From Eledone cirrhosa (lineage: Eukaryota), in assembly GCA_964016885.1 (NCBI GenBank), contig OZ024758.1, positions 11,904,001 through 11,968,000 on the forward strand: a stretch of 64,000 nucleotides of DNA. Reading direction: 5' to 3'. Of the stretch, positions 29,843-45,111 are shown in pieces. Numbering within the stretch: position 1 is the stretch's first letter; each line of letters opens with the position of its first letter. Under the pieces are notes generated by a model, which was not told the origin of the DNA, did not search any database, and saw nothing but the letters and a program-made list of their open reading frames with translations. The position numbers and the translations under genes are program-made.

Positions 29843-30923
29843 TATTATATATTATCCGTTATTTTATTACATTACATATGTCTCTACATTGACGGCATTG
29901 TCGATAACAAAATACAGAAGGATTATAACTTAATGTTCAAGTTCAGTAAAACAACGTAACTCAATTGAGTCGACTACAATTCCTCCTCGTTACTTATAAA
30001 GACTTATGTTAAGTATTAAACAAGTTATAGGGAACACTATAGCTGAAAACAAATAAATTGCTGAATATCTTCTTTCGAATACCCTGAAGATAACATCAGT
30101 CTGTTGGTAAATGTACTAGAAACATGTATTCATGATAAAATACATATGTATTAGGTTTACTTCTAGTAAAACGTCTATATCTGGCGGATTATACTGCATT
30201 ATGAAAAATTTTATATTAAAAAAGTTAGAAATGAAAGTTAGTTAAATGTTTCGAACACTGCATATTATTGATTTTTCTCCTATATATCGGAAGGCAATAT
30301 TTACTGTAAATAAATAACCATACAGTCATCATAATACCTGAACATATTCTTCTCCCCTGGAACATGATACTGGAATTATATAAACTTTCGTGTCAATATA
30401 TGACATGAATTTTTGCATAAATCCCCAAGAGGAATACTTTGGTTTGTATTTGAAACAGAGATGTGAAGGAAGTTAAAATCATCATATTTCTTATATATTT
30501 CATATATTCATTGGATTTGTTGTTTTCTGCTGTTATGTAACGCTCTAATGTAACGCTGTCATGTAATGCTGTTATGTAACGCGTAGTAATAATTCAATTA
30601 CGAACTATCTGTGATATAATAGCATGTTTATGTTGCTTACATCGTAATTCAATCATATATACAATTGTTGCACGCTGAGTAACACCGACTGCAATTCTGT
30701 TATTATTTGCCTTATCAAAGACATAACAACGTCGCGAGTGCTGCAGCAGCCAAAATAAAATGCCTTCGTTGCACTGTGAATAGTGCAGGAAGAAGTGCAA
30801 GTAAGATGCATGTCCTCGGCTCATCTGAGTGTTCAGTAGTTCGAATTATGTACTGTCTTATTCTGGGGAGCTACCCATATGTACCTACGCATTCTGGAAA
30901 GCTACCCATATGTACCTACACAT

Positions 30924-31045
30924 AGGCAGTGAATTGGCCGAGTCATTAGAACATCAGATAGAATGCTTTATGTTATTCGTTCCAGTTCAAATCCCGCCGA
31001 GGTCAACTTTGCCTTTCATCCTTTGAAGGTCGACAAAAAAATTAC
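30924..31045 (+). mobile_element. SINE S1-related, diverged partial
   Basis: GTTCAAATCCCGCCGAGGTCAACTTTGCCTTTCATCC. Confidence 0.75.
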
Positions 31046-33207
31046 CTGTCGTTGATTCTTCCTCTAAATCTCTTTCTCATTTCCTCTCTCTCACTTTCTA
31101 TCTTTCTCTAGAAGAATTCTGCTGTAGTCAGGCCTGGAGAGGGATGTGCTCTGCCCCGCTTAAAATGCCCAAGAAATGGGACCATACACACATATATACC
31201 CATATATTTACTGTATATAATAAACATATAGCATATGTATATATGTGTTTTCATATACACCCATATTATTTGGAAAGGCTGTACTAGTGCTATTACCAAT
31301 TAATTATAACGAAACAAGTTCGCACGTTATGCAAATGAGCATTTTCAAGGCAATGTGTTCTATTTATTTATATGCAAATGAGCACCGCCAGCAAATGTTC
31401 ATCGCAAATTTATATATAATCTCTTGTCTATTTCTTTGTCAGGACCCATTTAGTGACTGTCACTGGGAAAGATGAACAAATCTTGAAACAGAGATGTATG
31501 ATATTGAAATCTGAAGTTACATATATCGCGGCACATGTGTAGCTAATATTAATTAATTACACTTGTGGTAGTTTGAGAAATTAACTCATTGTCATAAATT
31601 CAAGTCGAGATATTTTGAAAATATTTAAAAAAAATATAATTTGTTGAATTAAAATAACATCACGAAAACAATGCTTTTCAAGAAATATGACGACAATATT
31701 TTCTTAAAAGCAAAAATATGAAACATCATCATGGATACATATTCGCAAGCATTCGTGTCTATAAATGTCTTTGTAAACCAATGTTATGAAAAGGTTCTTT
31801 TCCCATCAAACATGAGCAATAAGAATTCATTTCATCAGAAAGAAATAACAAAAATCCAATTTATATTTAGATGAAATTTATTTCTGTCTGAACCAACGGA
31901 GTCCTTTACTTGTTTTGAGCTTTCAGACACGAAAAAGTCACTTATTAGTTTCATATTCATTTCTTTTAACGTTCTGTTTTTCTGAAAAGAGAAAAGCAAT
32001 ATTCGGTGTATTAGGGGAAATGCCAGTGATTAGAATCACAGCAAATGATAGAATATGAAAGAGGAAAACTATCATCACTCCAGAAAAACAATGAAAGGTA
32101 AAGTTATTACTTCATGTAAATTGCTTTCCGATTTTGTTTAGATTAAAGAACTGCCGTGATGTCACCTGCTAGGCTAGTCATCATTACTCAAATGTGCATG
32201 GATAGTAAATGATATGAAGAACCTCATACTCTGATATCTTCAACTGACAATGCTGCTGAAACTCAAATATATAAAGCAGTATGAAACAGATTGTATAATC
32301 AGAAATCTGACTCTTCAAAAATAGATTATCTGAGAACTGATTTAACGCCCAGCGTGGCGGATGTCGAAGTACGTTTCGTGATCTCTTGTTTTGGAAAATA
32401 TGCTATATGTCTCAATGTAGGTAGTAGATTTATTAGAAAACGTATAGAACTTGTGAAAGATTGCTCCATTTGATATTTCAGGATATTTGATATATGCGAT
32501 TAATGCCGAACTCTTTGCTTTGTTTCAAAGTGTTTTCTCCACCAACCACCCTTTAACATTTAAACCGGTCGTATCGGACCAGAATTCTCTCACATCTTTC
32601 TGTTCAAACTGGCTCTAACTGGCCATTCATACTGATGTTAAGGTATTCTTCACAAAATAAATAACATCAAATTGTCATAGATTCAATATTAAGTGAGATG
32701 ATTATATGAGATATAGTGTTTACCACAAAAATACAATAGTTAATATAGAGTAATGTAAATGCTAAAGGGCTGAACTGGTTCGTCACTTCCTCCAGATCAT
32801 GCGTACTGTACCGCACAATGTAAACCTTATATTTTGAGATGAAGACGTTGTGGAAGCCCATCACACGGTAGGAGTATCCTAGGTGATAACCGTTCCGTAC
32901 ACATCTTCTCCTTTGCCAATAACCTTCTCTGATTCCCTGTTATCTATGGGCGTAGTCTCACTAAGGCTCACACATTCTATTCTAACTTTTCATTTTAAGT
33001 GAGACTCACCAAATAGTATTGGCAATTGTTACTGTCAAATATTACTAAAACTCTTTGATTATTCAGACCCTGAAACCTTCACTTGCCAGAATGATCTCCC
33101 TTGGATTATAATTCCAAGGCTGTATATGTTAAACAGGTCTAATCTTTGTAAACAACTTGCTGAACAATGGACCATTTCAGCAATAATTATAACTCAATAT
33201 ATATAAA

Positions 33208-33631
33208 GGGCGGTTGATTGGCAGTATCGGTAGTGGTCGAACACCATTCTTTGACGCATGGAGTTACGACCCTAGCCATTCTGAGTTCAAATCCCGCCGA
33301 GGTTAACTTTGCCTTTCATCCTTACTGGGTCGATAAAATAAAGTACCAGTAATGTACTTGTAATTGCTGGCCTTGTGCCAAAAGTAGAAACAATTATGAA
33401 TCAATATACTAGGGGAGTGGATCGGCAGAATCGGTGGAGAGTCAGAAAACATGATTTTGTAGCATAGATTTACGGCCCTTTACGTTCTGAGTTCAAATCC
33501 TGCCGAGGCTAGCTTTGTCTTTTATCCTTACAGGGTCGATAAAATAAAGCACCAGTAATGCACTGGGGTCGATTTAATTGACTTACCCCCCTCACCTCAA
33601 TTGTTGGCTTTGTGCCTAAATTAGAAACTAT
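33208..33631 (+). mobile_element. Two tandem SINE S1 copies (33208-33396 short form; 33412-33631 long form)
   Basis: The second copy has an extra GGGGTCGATTTAATTGACTTACCCCCCTCACC segment before the tail. Confidence 0.9.
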
Positions 33632-35609
33632 TTAAAGGTCAATATGATTGTTTTGACTACATAGGATACGTAATATTGTTGCGGTTTGACCAATCAATAT
33701 TAACCTAATTGGGATATCTAGCCAGCATCTGGTGGATAATTCCAATAACATGAAGACCTAGCAAGAGAGTATTCTACACAATATCTGTGAATGTCTAATG
33801 CACTATTCCAGACACACAATCATGATAATGAATTAAATGTTATATTCCTCCCTTCTAGCAATTATTAGAGTATTATTTGCTATCAATTTGATAGCATTTG
33901 CTAGTATTGATCGGCTTACACCCCTATATCTTTTATTTAGCTGAGTTTAGAAAGATGGTGATTTTTACTAGGTATGTGGGTTTCTAAAACAACACTGTTA
34001 CATCATATGATGTGAGCCGTAGGAAAGGTACGTATACAATATAGATTCTTTGAGAAAGAATGATCGAATATGTCTAAAAGAATTATGGTTTCTTTATTGA
34101 CTGTCTTCTACATATCCTTTAACCTGTTTGTTGTCTCGTGTGATTCTGCGACCAGAGTCCACCTTTATTTTTACTTAGCGTATTATATATGATATGCGTT
34201 GGCTACCGAGAGTGTGGGAAAAACCTCTTTAGTACGTTTAGTTTTACAAATGTTATTAATCCGAAGATGTAGGTTTGTTTCTTGTGAATGCTGGAACTGT
34301 CGCATATTCATCTATGATGTGGGTTATTTTATATTATCAGCTATGGCAGCAGTCAGTTTATTTTTCTCGCGAACGAACTTTTAATTTTGCTTTATCTGTT
34401 CTTATGTCTTTGGTTTGCGTGGGATTTTTATTTGTTCAATGTTGTGGTAAACCCAGTGACTCATGTATCTCTGGTGATGCTGAACAGAATAAGACGTGAG
34501 AGACAAGACAATGTAGAAGGTGCTGATAATAATGAAGATGAGATCATCTATATCATTAGGAGAGGTGCAATTGTGAATGTTAATGCCAGTGTAACTATAT
34601 TCCTGTACTTATTAATGTGTTTATGCACTGAAAACATTTATTTAGACATAATTTATGTTTGTTATTTTCTAACTCTGTGCACGAAGTAATATAAAGTTCA
34701 ACTATTGAAATTAACTCTAATAGAAAAATACGTTCTCTTGGAAATGTAGAGATGCATGAATAACTTTTGGTTCGATTTTGACATCAAATGAGATTTAGAG
34801 TTTTAGAATATTGGAATAAATAGGAAGCCTCTCAAATTTTCAATTTTTTCTTTATAACACTCTATAGTCTTTTAGCTGCATATGTTTCTTAAATATTGAA
34901 TGCGTTTGCAGATTAAGATACAACAGTATTGAGCAAAAATGGCTGCATCCACGAACATAATTTCATTTAACTCTTGTTGTTTGAATATTTGTTAAAAGCT
35001 ACAAAGGTGGTCTTTTGATGTTGCGTTAATATACCTGTAGTATTAGACCGTGTGAATAGCTGCGAAATGATAATGGAAACAAAAGAATCTATACAACTCA
35101 TGATGTTATATCTGCTTTCAGTGGTGCCAGTGCAGATATCAAATCACTCATCATCATGATACTTTGCAAATGGTAAAGAAGAAAGAAGACAGTTTTTTAC
35201 TTTATTATTCTAACATACCAGTGTAAAAATTGTACAAATATAATTCAAAAATTTTAACACAACAAAAGAAAATATGACAATGAAAAACAGAAAATTTTGA
35301 GTACATACATACAGACACACAAACGTGTACACATATATGCATACATATGGTATGCACGCACCCCTTGATTATATATCTGTATGTATATATATATTTATAT
35401 ATATATATATATATGTGTGTGTGCCTGTATGTGTGTATATATATATATATATGTGTGTGCCTGTATGTGTGTATATATATATATATATATATGTGTGTCT
35501 GTCGATATATGTATATGTATGTATGTGCCTATATATGTATATGTGTATATGTGTGTCTATACATATATGTGTATATGTCTATATATCTATACACACACAC
35601 ACACACACA

Positions 35610-35682
<73 letters not shown>

Positions 35683-37097
35683 GTCGTAAGTCAGAGAGGC
35701 AATGTCATCAATTTAGCTAATCAATTCTATCAATCAAGCCCAGCATTAATTTTCAATTCTCTCTTATTTTATCGAATCGAATTCTGTTTGTCAATCTGCA
35801 TAATTGTGTGAGAGGAAACGCTAGTACCCCTCTACCAACCTGTGGACACACTACACAAAGTTAACTGACACTTTAAGCACACTCATCTCCCCCTCTGCCC
35901 CCTCGTTCGCCCTCTTTCACCCTCTCTGTCCCATTTCCAAGATATTTACGTGTGCGTGTGTATAGATACATATACATATGTGTGTGTGAGTTTATAGAGA
36001 TATATATTTAACTGTGTATGTCTTTATATATATGTGAGTGTGAGTGTGCGTGTGTGTGCGTGTGTGTGTGTATGTGAGTGTGAGTGTTTATAGATATATA
36101 TACTTGAGTGTCTGTGGCAGGCATGTAAGAAGAGTAATTTGCTTATTTATAGTTACTTGTTATGTGAAAAAGGAAAGAAAATGGAAAAAATTCTAAGAAA
36201 ATCAAAAGTATCAGAAACATTAAGTTCCAATAGAAAAATACTCCAACACAAAAAACGAAAGGTCTGAGAGTTGATTATACTAATATAGGATTTGAAAATA
36301 TATATACAGATAAATATGTAGACTAATTGGGGAGATTATATCAATGTCAAATATGAACAGATGTAAGTATTTATCAAAGTATCTATGATAAGAGTGTTTA
36401 AGATGTACACATTGGATAGTATAATAAGATTAAAGATATTTGCTGGAAGAAAGATTTGGAACATTTAATTCTCTTTATTAGTGAAGTAGAATTCTGTATT
36501 ATGGAAATGTATGTTGTTGTGCTATATGGGTTCCTCTATATTGGCTAATTCAACTTGGAAGTGTGTAGAACTAAGCATCGGTAGTAAGCAAGCATGCACA
36601 GATACATTGAAACACATGGAAACACGCCAGTATACAGAAACACTAATATTATAAAACTTTACATCCAATCCATTAATAAGCTTAATAACGATATATTTAC
36701 CTTCTTAAATATATCATTACATGAGAATTGTTCTCATGATCTGCAACAGTTTAGCAGAGCCCCAGATTGGCGAGAAGGTCTCTTCTACTTACAGTTGAAA
36801 TACCTAGATACAAACCCAAATTATATTCCGATTGTTTTTCCTTCGCATAGTTAGCCTATAGAATACTTTTCCTGTGTCTTCCTTTCGCAACAAAAACGAT
36901 TTGCAAGAATTCAAAAGTATTTTTTTCTTTCTCTTTCAATTATGTAATCTAATCTCCCAGTTTTCTTCGTTTCCCTTCTCAGAAATCTTTTGCATTTAAG
37001 TGGCGTTGTTGTCTTGCTTGGGGAGAGTAAATATAAACCAACATAAGATGAAATTGAAAATATATAAAATCATATACACATACATATATACATACAT

Positions 37098-37154
<57 letters not shown>

Positions 37155-37479
37155 GAGCAACATTTCATTAAATTTAGCTAAGCGTATCTTGATAATAGTC
37201 TCAAAGCCAACAAAAGAATCCAGAAATGTCCCCGAGATATAACCAATGTTATCAACCAGGATCTATGTGAAATTAAAAAAGGGTTGTATCATATATCGCG
37301 ATGTATAACACAAGGAATACCAAAATATATACAACTATCAAAGTAAAATTACCGATGAAACTAAAGGATGACAAAATCTCGGAGAATATTGATTCACGAA
37401 TGTAAACAAATACAAGCAAAGACCCAATGAACATTCTACTAGTATAATGTCACAACTTACGTCAACTGTACATTAAACA

Positions 37480-37879
37480 CAGCAGTGAAACAATAAACTG
37501 AGTATAAAGCCTAGAAAACACAACGAAGTCTTCTGAGGCGATAATCTCACAACGGCTGTCACAGCCTTATCAAATTTGTCTCATGCTCTTAATGAAGCAT
37601 TGGAAGACTTTAAGAGCGTTTCCTCCGCGTCACCAAAGAAATCCATTCTCTGTGTGGTTTTCACTCATCTCCAACCCATCTGAAGTAATAGTATTTATAT
37701 CCCAATCTATAGAGCAATAGAGCAAGATCATCTTACGATAAGTATTTGCAATTGCCAAGTTGTTTGTTAATTTCTGTCTATCTATCGATAGCTTTATGTC
37801 TATCTCTTTCTCTCTCTCGCGCGCTCTCTCTCTCTCCCTCTCTCTCTTCTATTTCTCTCTCTCTCTCGCTCTGTCTCTG

Positions 37880-37923
<44 letters not shown>

Positions 37924-37938
37924 TCTCTCTCTCTCGTC

Positions 37939-38013
<75 letters not shown>

Positions 38014-38335
38014 ATATGTATATATATATATGTGTGTATGTGTGTATGTGTGTATACATATTTATATATATATAATCATACACAAAACGCCAGCACCAAC
38101 AGTTTTGCAAGAGATGTTAACATGAATGGACCTGTTATTTTTATCTCAAGACATTTTTTTCCAATTCCATCCCGCCCGTCCCCTTAATCTATTTTATTTG
38201 TCATTCTTTCTTCTGATGAAGGACTAGCGTCCGAAACGTGAAGACCCTCTTCCTGCTATATCAATGGTTAAACCTAATATATACCTTCCATATACTGTAC
38301 CAATGGTGTTGTTATTTCTGTTTACATTTTACATA
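37480..38335 (+). mobile_element. Possible highly decayed PLE 3' part (GIY-YIG remnant, (CT)n, hammerhead, tail)
   Basis: Weak resemblance near 37560-37680 to the GIY-YIG T-G-R-x-L-x-E-R-F motif, followed by the hammerhead at 38209. Confidence 0.35.
38209..38244 (+). ncRNA. Minimal hammerhead, cleavage triplet probably mutated (GUG)
   Basis: TCTT-CTGATGA-A-GGAC-TAGC-GTCC-GAA-ACGT-G-AAGA. Confidence 0.7.
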
Positions 38336-38368
38336 CACACACACACACACCCACCCACACACACACAT

Positions 38369-38423
<55 letters not shown>

Positions 38424-38555
38424 AGCGAAGAGATATTTAATTTGTTGGTTATTCAACAAATTTATTTATAACAGATTCGAACCACCCTACATGTTTTCTG
38501 GAGTATAATATCAATGATATTCATAAATGGAAAGTATATTTATAAAACCATATTT

Positions 38556-38614
38556 ATTTTATTATATATATTTCAAGGGTACCAACATTTTGGTACGCCC
38601 TCATCAGATAAAAT
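38556..38614 (-). ncRNA. Hammerhead, family F (element ~38421-38673)
   Basis: ATTTTAT-CTGATGA-GGGCGTACCAA-AATG-TTGGTACCCTT-GAA-ATATATAT-A-ATAAAAT. Confidence 0.8.
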
Positions 38615-38692
38615 ACAAAATTTGTTTTATAAATGGTGACATACCCAAGAAACCAAACCTCATCGGTTCAGGTTATATATATATATATATAT

Positions 38693-38849
38693 AACGAAGG
38701 AAATGTCGTAAGGAACCAGGGGGTCCATAACGCACCAAAGTACTCAATACTTAGAGTAGTAGAGTGGGTAATAGGAACCAGTAAGACCCCGACGGCTGAG
38801 CTCAAGCCGTCGAAACGGCTTGAGCTCAGCCGTCGGGGTCTTACTGGTT

Positions 38850-38853
<4 letters not shown>
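38693..38853. mobile_element. Family B two-ended palindromic insertion
   Basis: Outer end AACGAAGG at left, inner end GGTTCCTA at right. Confidence 0.9.
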
Positions 38854-38895
<42 letters not shown>

Positions 38896-38942
38896 ATATA
38901 TTATATTATATATATATATATTATATATATATTATATATATA

Positions 38943-39014
<72 letters not shown>

Positions 39015-39451
39015 TGTTGTTTTACATATATCATGCATTTTTATAATCTCATTAATATTACAAACCTACCGAGGCATTTCTTTTGCCAGAAATGATTAAA
39101 CATCCCTTGCAAAAAAGAATAAAAAATGGGTTTCAGAACTAGGTTCCTATTACGAAGCACTAAACACGAGAAACTGTCTTCAATAATTTACCTTATATTT
39201 CTTTATATTTTATTCGTGGTTTCACTTTATACTGAAAACCTTACATGTTAATCTTCACACAAGATAAATATAAATCTTTCTACCATTGATTTATCTTCGC
39301 TATGATATCATCGTGCAGGTCATGAATATAAGAACTCAAGCATTTGAAATAAATGATGAAAGGCATCATTGAAATAGACCCATGTAATAGCTCGAAAAGA
39401 AGACATTGCAAAAGGTATATCACCCCTTTAGGCTGTGCACCATCGTCATTT

Positions 39452-39552
39452 CATACAAATGACAGAAAACATAAAAGATATATAATTTCAAAGGAGAATA
39501 TATGTGTAGACGCATACATATATACATACATAAACTCACACACAGATATATG

Positions 39553-39584
<32 letters not shown>

Positions 39585-39605
39585 CAGAGAGAGAGAGAGA
39601 GATAG

Positions 39606-39659
<54 letters not shown>

Positions 39660-39847
39660 TGTGTGTAAGAGAGAGAGAGATAGAGAGGGGAGGAGATAGA
39701 TTGTGTGTGTGTATGTGTATGTCTGTGGTGCTGAGACAAGGGAGACCACTAATACAAATGACAGAAAACATAAAAGATACATAATTTCAAAGGAGAATAT
39801 ATGTGTAGACACATACATATATACATAAACTCACACACATATATATG

Positions 39848-39944
<97 letters not shown>

Positions 39945-40075
39945 TGTCTGTGCATGTGCGTGTCTGTGGTGTCGAGACAAGGGAGACCACTAATCATGGG
40001 GAAACTCAAAGTAACAGCTAAGCACCACGATCACGATTTTACTCTCCCTTCCCCCTCTCACCCCTTCTCTCTCTC
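39452..40075. repeat. Tandem duplication (~300 + ~240 bp units) of a microsatellite-containing repeat; related copy ~41640-41830
   Basis: ACAAATGACAGAAAACATAAAAGATA...GAGACAAGGGAGACCACTAAT occurs twice; GGGAGACCACTAATCATGG again at 41752. Confidence 0.85.
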
Positions 40076-40091
40076 TCACTTTCTCTCTCTG

Positions 40092-40133
<42 letters not shown>

Positions 40134-40180
40134 TCAATGATATTAAATAAATGGAAACTATATTTATAAAACCATATTTA

Positions 40181-40241
40181 ATTTATTATATATATTTCAA
40201 GGGTACCAAGACAACATTGGTGCGCTTTCATCAGATAAAAT
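40181..40241 (-). ncRNA. Hammerhead, family F
   Basis: TTTAT-CTGATGA-AAGCGCACCAA-TGTTGTC-TTGGTACCCTT-GAA-ATATATAT-A-ATAAA. Confidence 0.75.
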
Positions 40242-40437
40242 ACAAAGTTTGTTTTATAAATAGAGACATATCCATGAAAATCATACCTTATCGGTTGGAA
40301 ATTCACTTGATAGCCAATAAACAGTTGAGTGCTCTAAATCATTTATAAACATTTATATTTGTCGGACTTTATTAAATTGTGTACAAATTAAATACCCCTT
40401 CTACTTATATATATATATATATTAAATACCCCTTCTA

Positions 40438-40478
<41 letters not shown>

Positions 40479-40588
40479 TTTAGTACAGCTTTAGAATGCG
40501 GCCAAGCTAGTGTATATGCATAATCGGTCGGTAGCTTGAGCACTCAGATGAGGAAAGACGCCAGAGTAATAACATTACGTTCAGACAG

Positions 40589-40674
<86 letters not shown>

Positions 40675-41827
40675 CGGGGTATGTCTTGTTTTAACATATG
40701 ACGTTCTGTTTCACGATACACACACCTAGGCATGAAAACTTACATTTGAGTGTAGAATATAATTGTATTACATTTAAACATGAGAAGCACTTTTACTTTC
40801 GCTCATTTAAAATAACACCTTATAGTGTCACTGGTAAAACTAATCCCTTATACTTTACATACATTTTCAATGATAAATGTTGTTCTTTTTTCCGTGAATC
40901 CCCAAAACAGGTTGTTGTTTTTCTGCTAGAAAATTAGAAAAGGTAATAAAATAGATGCATATAATCTACATTCGGCCTAACACCTACTCACACCCACATA
41001 ATACACATTTTATATAAATGCTCTTTAGTTTGGCATTGATGAATGAGTTGCCTTGAGACTCTTGCCCTCAATTAAGATACAGGCTAGATTGCAGTATCTT
41101 CTGCTATGTTAAACCACAGTATGTCGTTATATTTTTGAATACATTGACATCCACTACTCTATGAATCTCTCTCATGGCTTTCGGATATCTCATCAAACAA
41201 GGAGACCACCATGTAATTTGTACATATACATACCATATATTGCTTCATATGCATCACTATTATGAATTACTCTACATTACGCCTAAGACTAATTACATCT
41301 AGCTAATTAACCATGCACTATATACAATTGAGTATCTTTATCAGATTTCTTAATACGTAAAGAAAACGACACAGTTGGTTGATAGGCTTCTCATATGTGT
41401 AGTGTCACTGATGTGATATGATCACACCTTAAGGCTTTCATAGCTATACTTTTATATGTTTCTTATACATAAATATGCAGTATTTACTTCCCTATACAAT
41501 GTTATTATGCCAGTGCAACCGCTAATAATATCAAGCTAATGTAGCATGTATTAGATGGAAATGAGCATCCACAAAATATGTTATATATATATGTAATCGA
41601 TACATATATAATGTCAATAGAATCGCATTTATATTATCTCAAATAAGAATATAAGTGTAGACACACATATACATACACATACACACACTCACACATACCC
41701 ATTATATATATATATGAGAGAGAGATAGAGAGAGTGGGTGTGTTTGAGACCAGGGAGACCACTAATCATGGATGTACTAGAAGCAACAACTAAGCACCAC
41801 AGTCAAGATGTTACCCCCCTCCCCCCA

Positions 41828-41911
<84 letters not shown>

Positions 41912-41917
<6 letters not shown>

Positions 41918-42178
41918 TTTTTGTTTCTACTAGCATTTTAAGGGGTCCGTCGAGCTGCGGATTACAGAGTCGGGTAAGATCGATACAGATCGAACCCTGA
42001 GCTGATCAGTGGCGAAACGCGCGTCAGCAACCAATAAATGTAATGAAGGAGTAACCACCGTCCTTGTTATCTTTTCAATATAATACACTATGTATAGCTC
42101 TACACCTCGACACAGAAGTGAATCCAAACATCGAGTGCTCACGCGAGTGAACCTACAGTAACTCCAAGTTATACTCCC
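41912..42178 (+). mobile_element. GC-richer insertion between (TA)n tracts carrying the 3' half of a hammerhead
   Basis: TGGC-GAA-ACGCGCGT-C-AGC at 42010-42028 (palindromic stem III, GUC), followed by AATAAA; no CUGAnGA half found. Confidence 0.55.
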
Positions 42179-43469
42179 TATATATATATATATATATATA
42201 TTTCTTATTTTAGTGACTATCTCTATCTATTACACCATTATAATTATTATGTAATTATTCTCCAGACTCTTTTGTTTATAAACTAATCCATATAATGATC
42301 ACACGGTTAAGATTCATAAAATTGCATACGAAATCAAGCATGACAACTTAATTAAACAAAATCAAACAAACAAAACATTATTTACAGTTATATATAGTTA
42401 TATATCGTTACATTATATACAGTTATATATATATTCGCAATTTCAGCTTTTAAAAATACACTTGATGTACTTCCACTGTCCGTGAAAATGTTAAAATAAT
42501 CACCAATTATATCTGTGTATATATTTTTGAAAAATCATAATTGCCAATTATATTATATTTCACCGAACGTATGGATTGCATTGTCAATTTCCAAATATAA
42601 TTCAAATATTTATTTATTCGAATTATTAACTCCTCCTATATAATATTGCATATAGAGTTAGGTTTCAAAAAATAAAGAAAGACTTGTAAATATTAGCGCT
42701 AGTATGAATTACTATCATAGAATCTTATATTTATACATACCAAAATAAGGTGAACGAGATATATACATTTAATGTATATAGAACTACAATATAGGATTTA
42801 GAAACCATCACAAATGACAATGCTTTTAATTCAAATCCTATATTTGGATCTATACTAAACTTGCAAGGATCTTTCTAGATAAGCCATGCTCTTGAATTAA
42901 TATTTATTATGTCATTATTCCTGTTAGCAAATGTATGCACAACATAGAACGTAGAATGCCTGACGATTTCAGCTTTAATCTACATCATGCTCGATATATA
43001 ATATATTTTCCTATAGACACATCATTGATAAAACGAATCTTTTTGAATGATAAAACGAATGATAAACGAATCTTTTTGATGATAAAACGAATCTTTGAAA
43101 TACATGTAGGCCTATTAGAATGACCATTTAATCTATATTCTAATGGTTGATCTTATGCCATTTTTGAGGATGAGCGTTCAATCATTCGATTAAATGACGG
43201 TCTGAAAGGAGGATTATACACTTAATGTAATTTTCAGGCAAAATCAGCATTTCACATTATGTCATGGCCTATCTTGAACTATGAATTACAGCTAGAATTC
43301 ATTTGACTCGAGTATATACAGTTTCTGTCTGTCCAATTCCACTCAGAATTGTTAAGTGAACTTCTTAAACACGTAAATAGTGTCACATCAATTAATTTTA
43401 CACCTTGTTTGCCATATATACATATGCTAGAATAAAAGCTCTCCATTTATAGAATCATAGGAGTAATGT

Positions 43470-43510
43470 TCTTCTGATGAAGAGTCAAACAACTCTAAAA
43501 TGCATAAAGA
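43470..43510 (+). ncRNA. Inactivated hammerhead (G12 lost)
   Basis: TCTT-CTGATGA-AGAGT-CAAACA-ACTCT-AAA-ATGCAT-A-AAGA. Confidence 0.55.
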
Positions 43511-44746
43511 TCATTTGTTGTGATTGTCTGTGCACAGAGAGAATGAAACTAGGTGACTAAACTCCATACTTTTCATTTAGTTACAGATAACATAAAGAAA
43601 CCTTCAAACTTCTATTATATGCAGTGTTAGAGGAAATCATTTAACAAATATTGTTTATGTATTTACTATTTAATAATACTTTCCTGAAAATATATTCACA
43701 TTATCCCAAATTACATTTATAATGTGTTTCTTTTATGACTGATACGAAGTGTCAAAGTTGTCATAATGTTTAAATGTAGGTGCTTTAGCTGAAATGCGAA
43801 ACCTTGTTTTAAATACTGATCATCTCTCTACCTGTTCAGGCTGTAAGTTCACTTCATTTGCCTACCTGTCTCTGCGTAACATTTTCTCTTTCTTTCAATC
43901 TTCTTCATCCCCGTTTACAAGATGCTATGAATTCTAGAAATATTTCATTTCTTGATTTATACAAGATTTTAAAGTTGAAAGAAAAAATTGCTTATTTTGT
44001 TGTAATACCGAAATCTAAATTTGTAATTTATGCGATTTCAATGTTGAGTATTTTAAAATTATTTATTTGGTTAAATGTTTGAAGTTCAGGCTACCTAGCA
44101 TGACTTCACAGCTTCTGTCTTACCCATCAGAGAAATAAACAAATCCCATGTTTGTTTCTGAAATGTCAAATTATATAAGTGAACATAAAAGAAACACTTT
44201 TTAAGATGTCATTTAGTGTAACTTGTCTTATATATTTTAATATTTATTTAGGTATTACGTTAATATTAATCATGTAAGAAGACCATTCTTTTCATATTCA
44301 TACAGCAACGAAATAGTTATGAGGAAGAAAGCAATTTTTTTCGATAATGGCAAAGAACTGATTTATTTTGTCGTGCTGGAACACTTTTATATTTTGTATT
44401 TGTGTAATAATACCAAAATTATACAAAGTTGTGTCATGTTAAAAGTTTCACCTAAAAATAATTTTCAAACTACTTGAATTTTATCATATAGTAATTTTTA
44501 TTTCTCGAATGCAAAAAATATATGGAATTCCCTGGGAACTTTCTCTTAAGAAATAGAAATAGTGATATATCTGCAGGCAAACAGGAAAATATTAAAATAT
44601 AGTTTGAACTTAAAGGGCCTGAAATTTTATAAAACATGATTATAGAAGATTTGATTTTCCGAAATATGTTCCAAATATTTTTATATCTGATTCTAAAAGT
44701 CTAAAGTCTGTTTTAAGCCAAAAGGATCATTTTGACAGTGTTATCT

Positions 44747-44789
<43 letters not shown>

Positions 44790-44800
44790 TATATATATAT

Positions 44801-45099
<299 letters not shown>

Positions 45100-45111
45100 G
45101 AGAGAGTGAGG

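Noticed and set aside
34199-34689. Overlapping ORFs, possible Gypsy gag remnant
   Set aside because: Resemblance too weak; multiple stops on the minus strand
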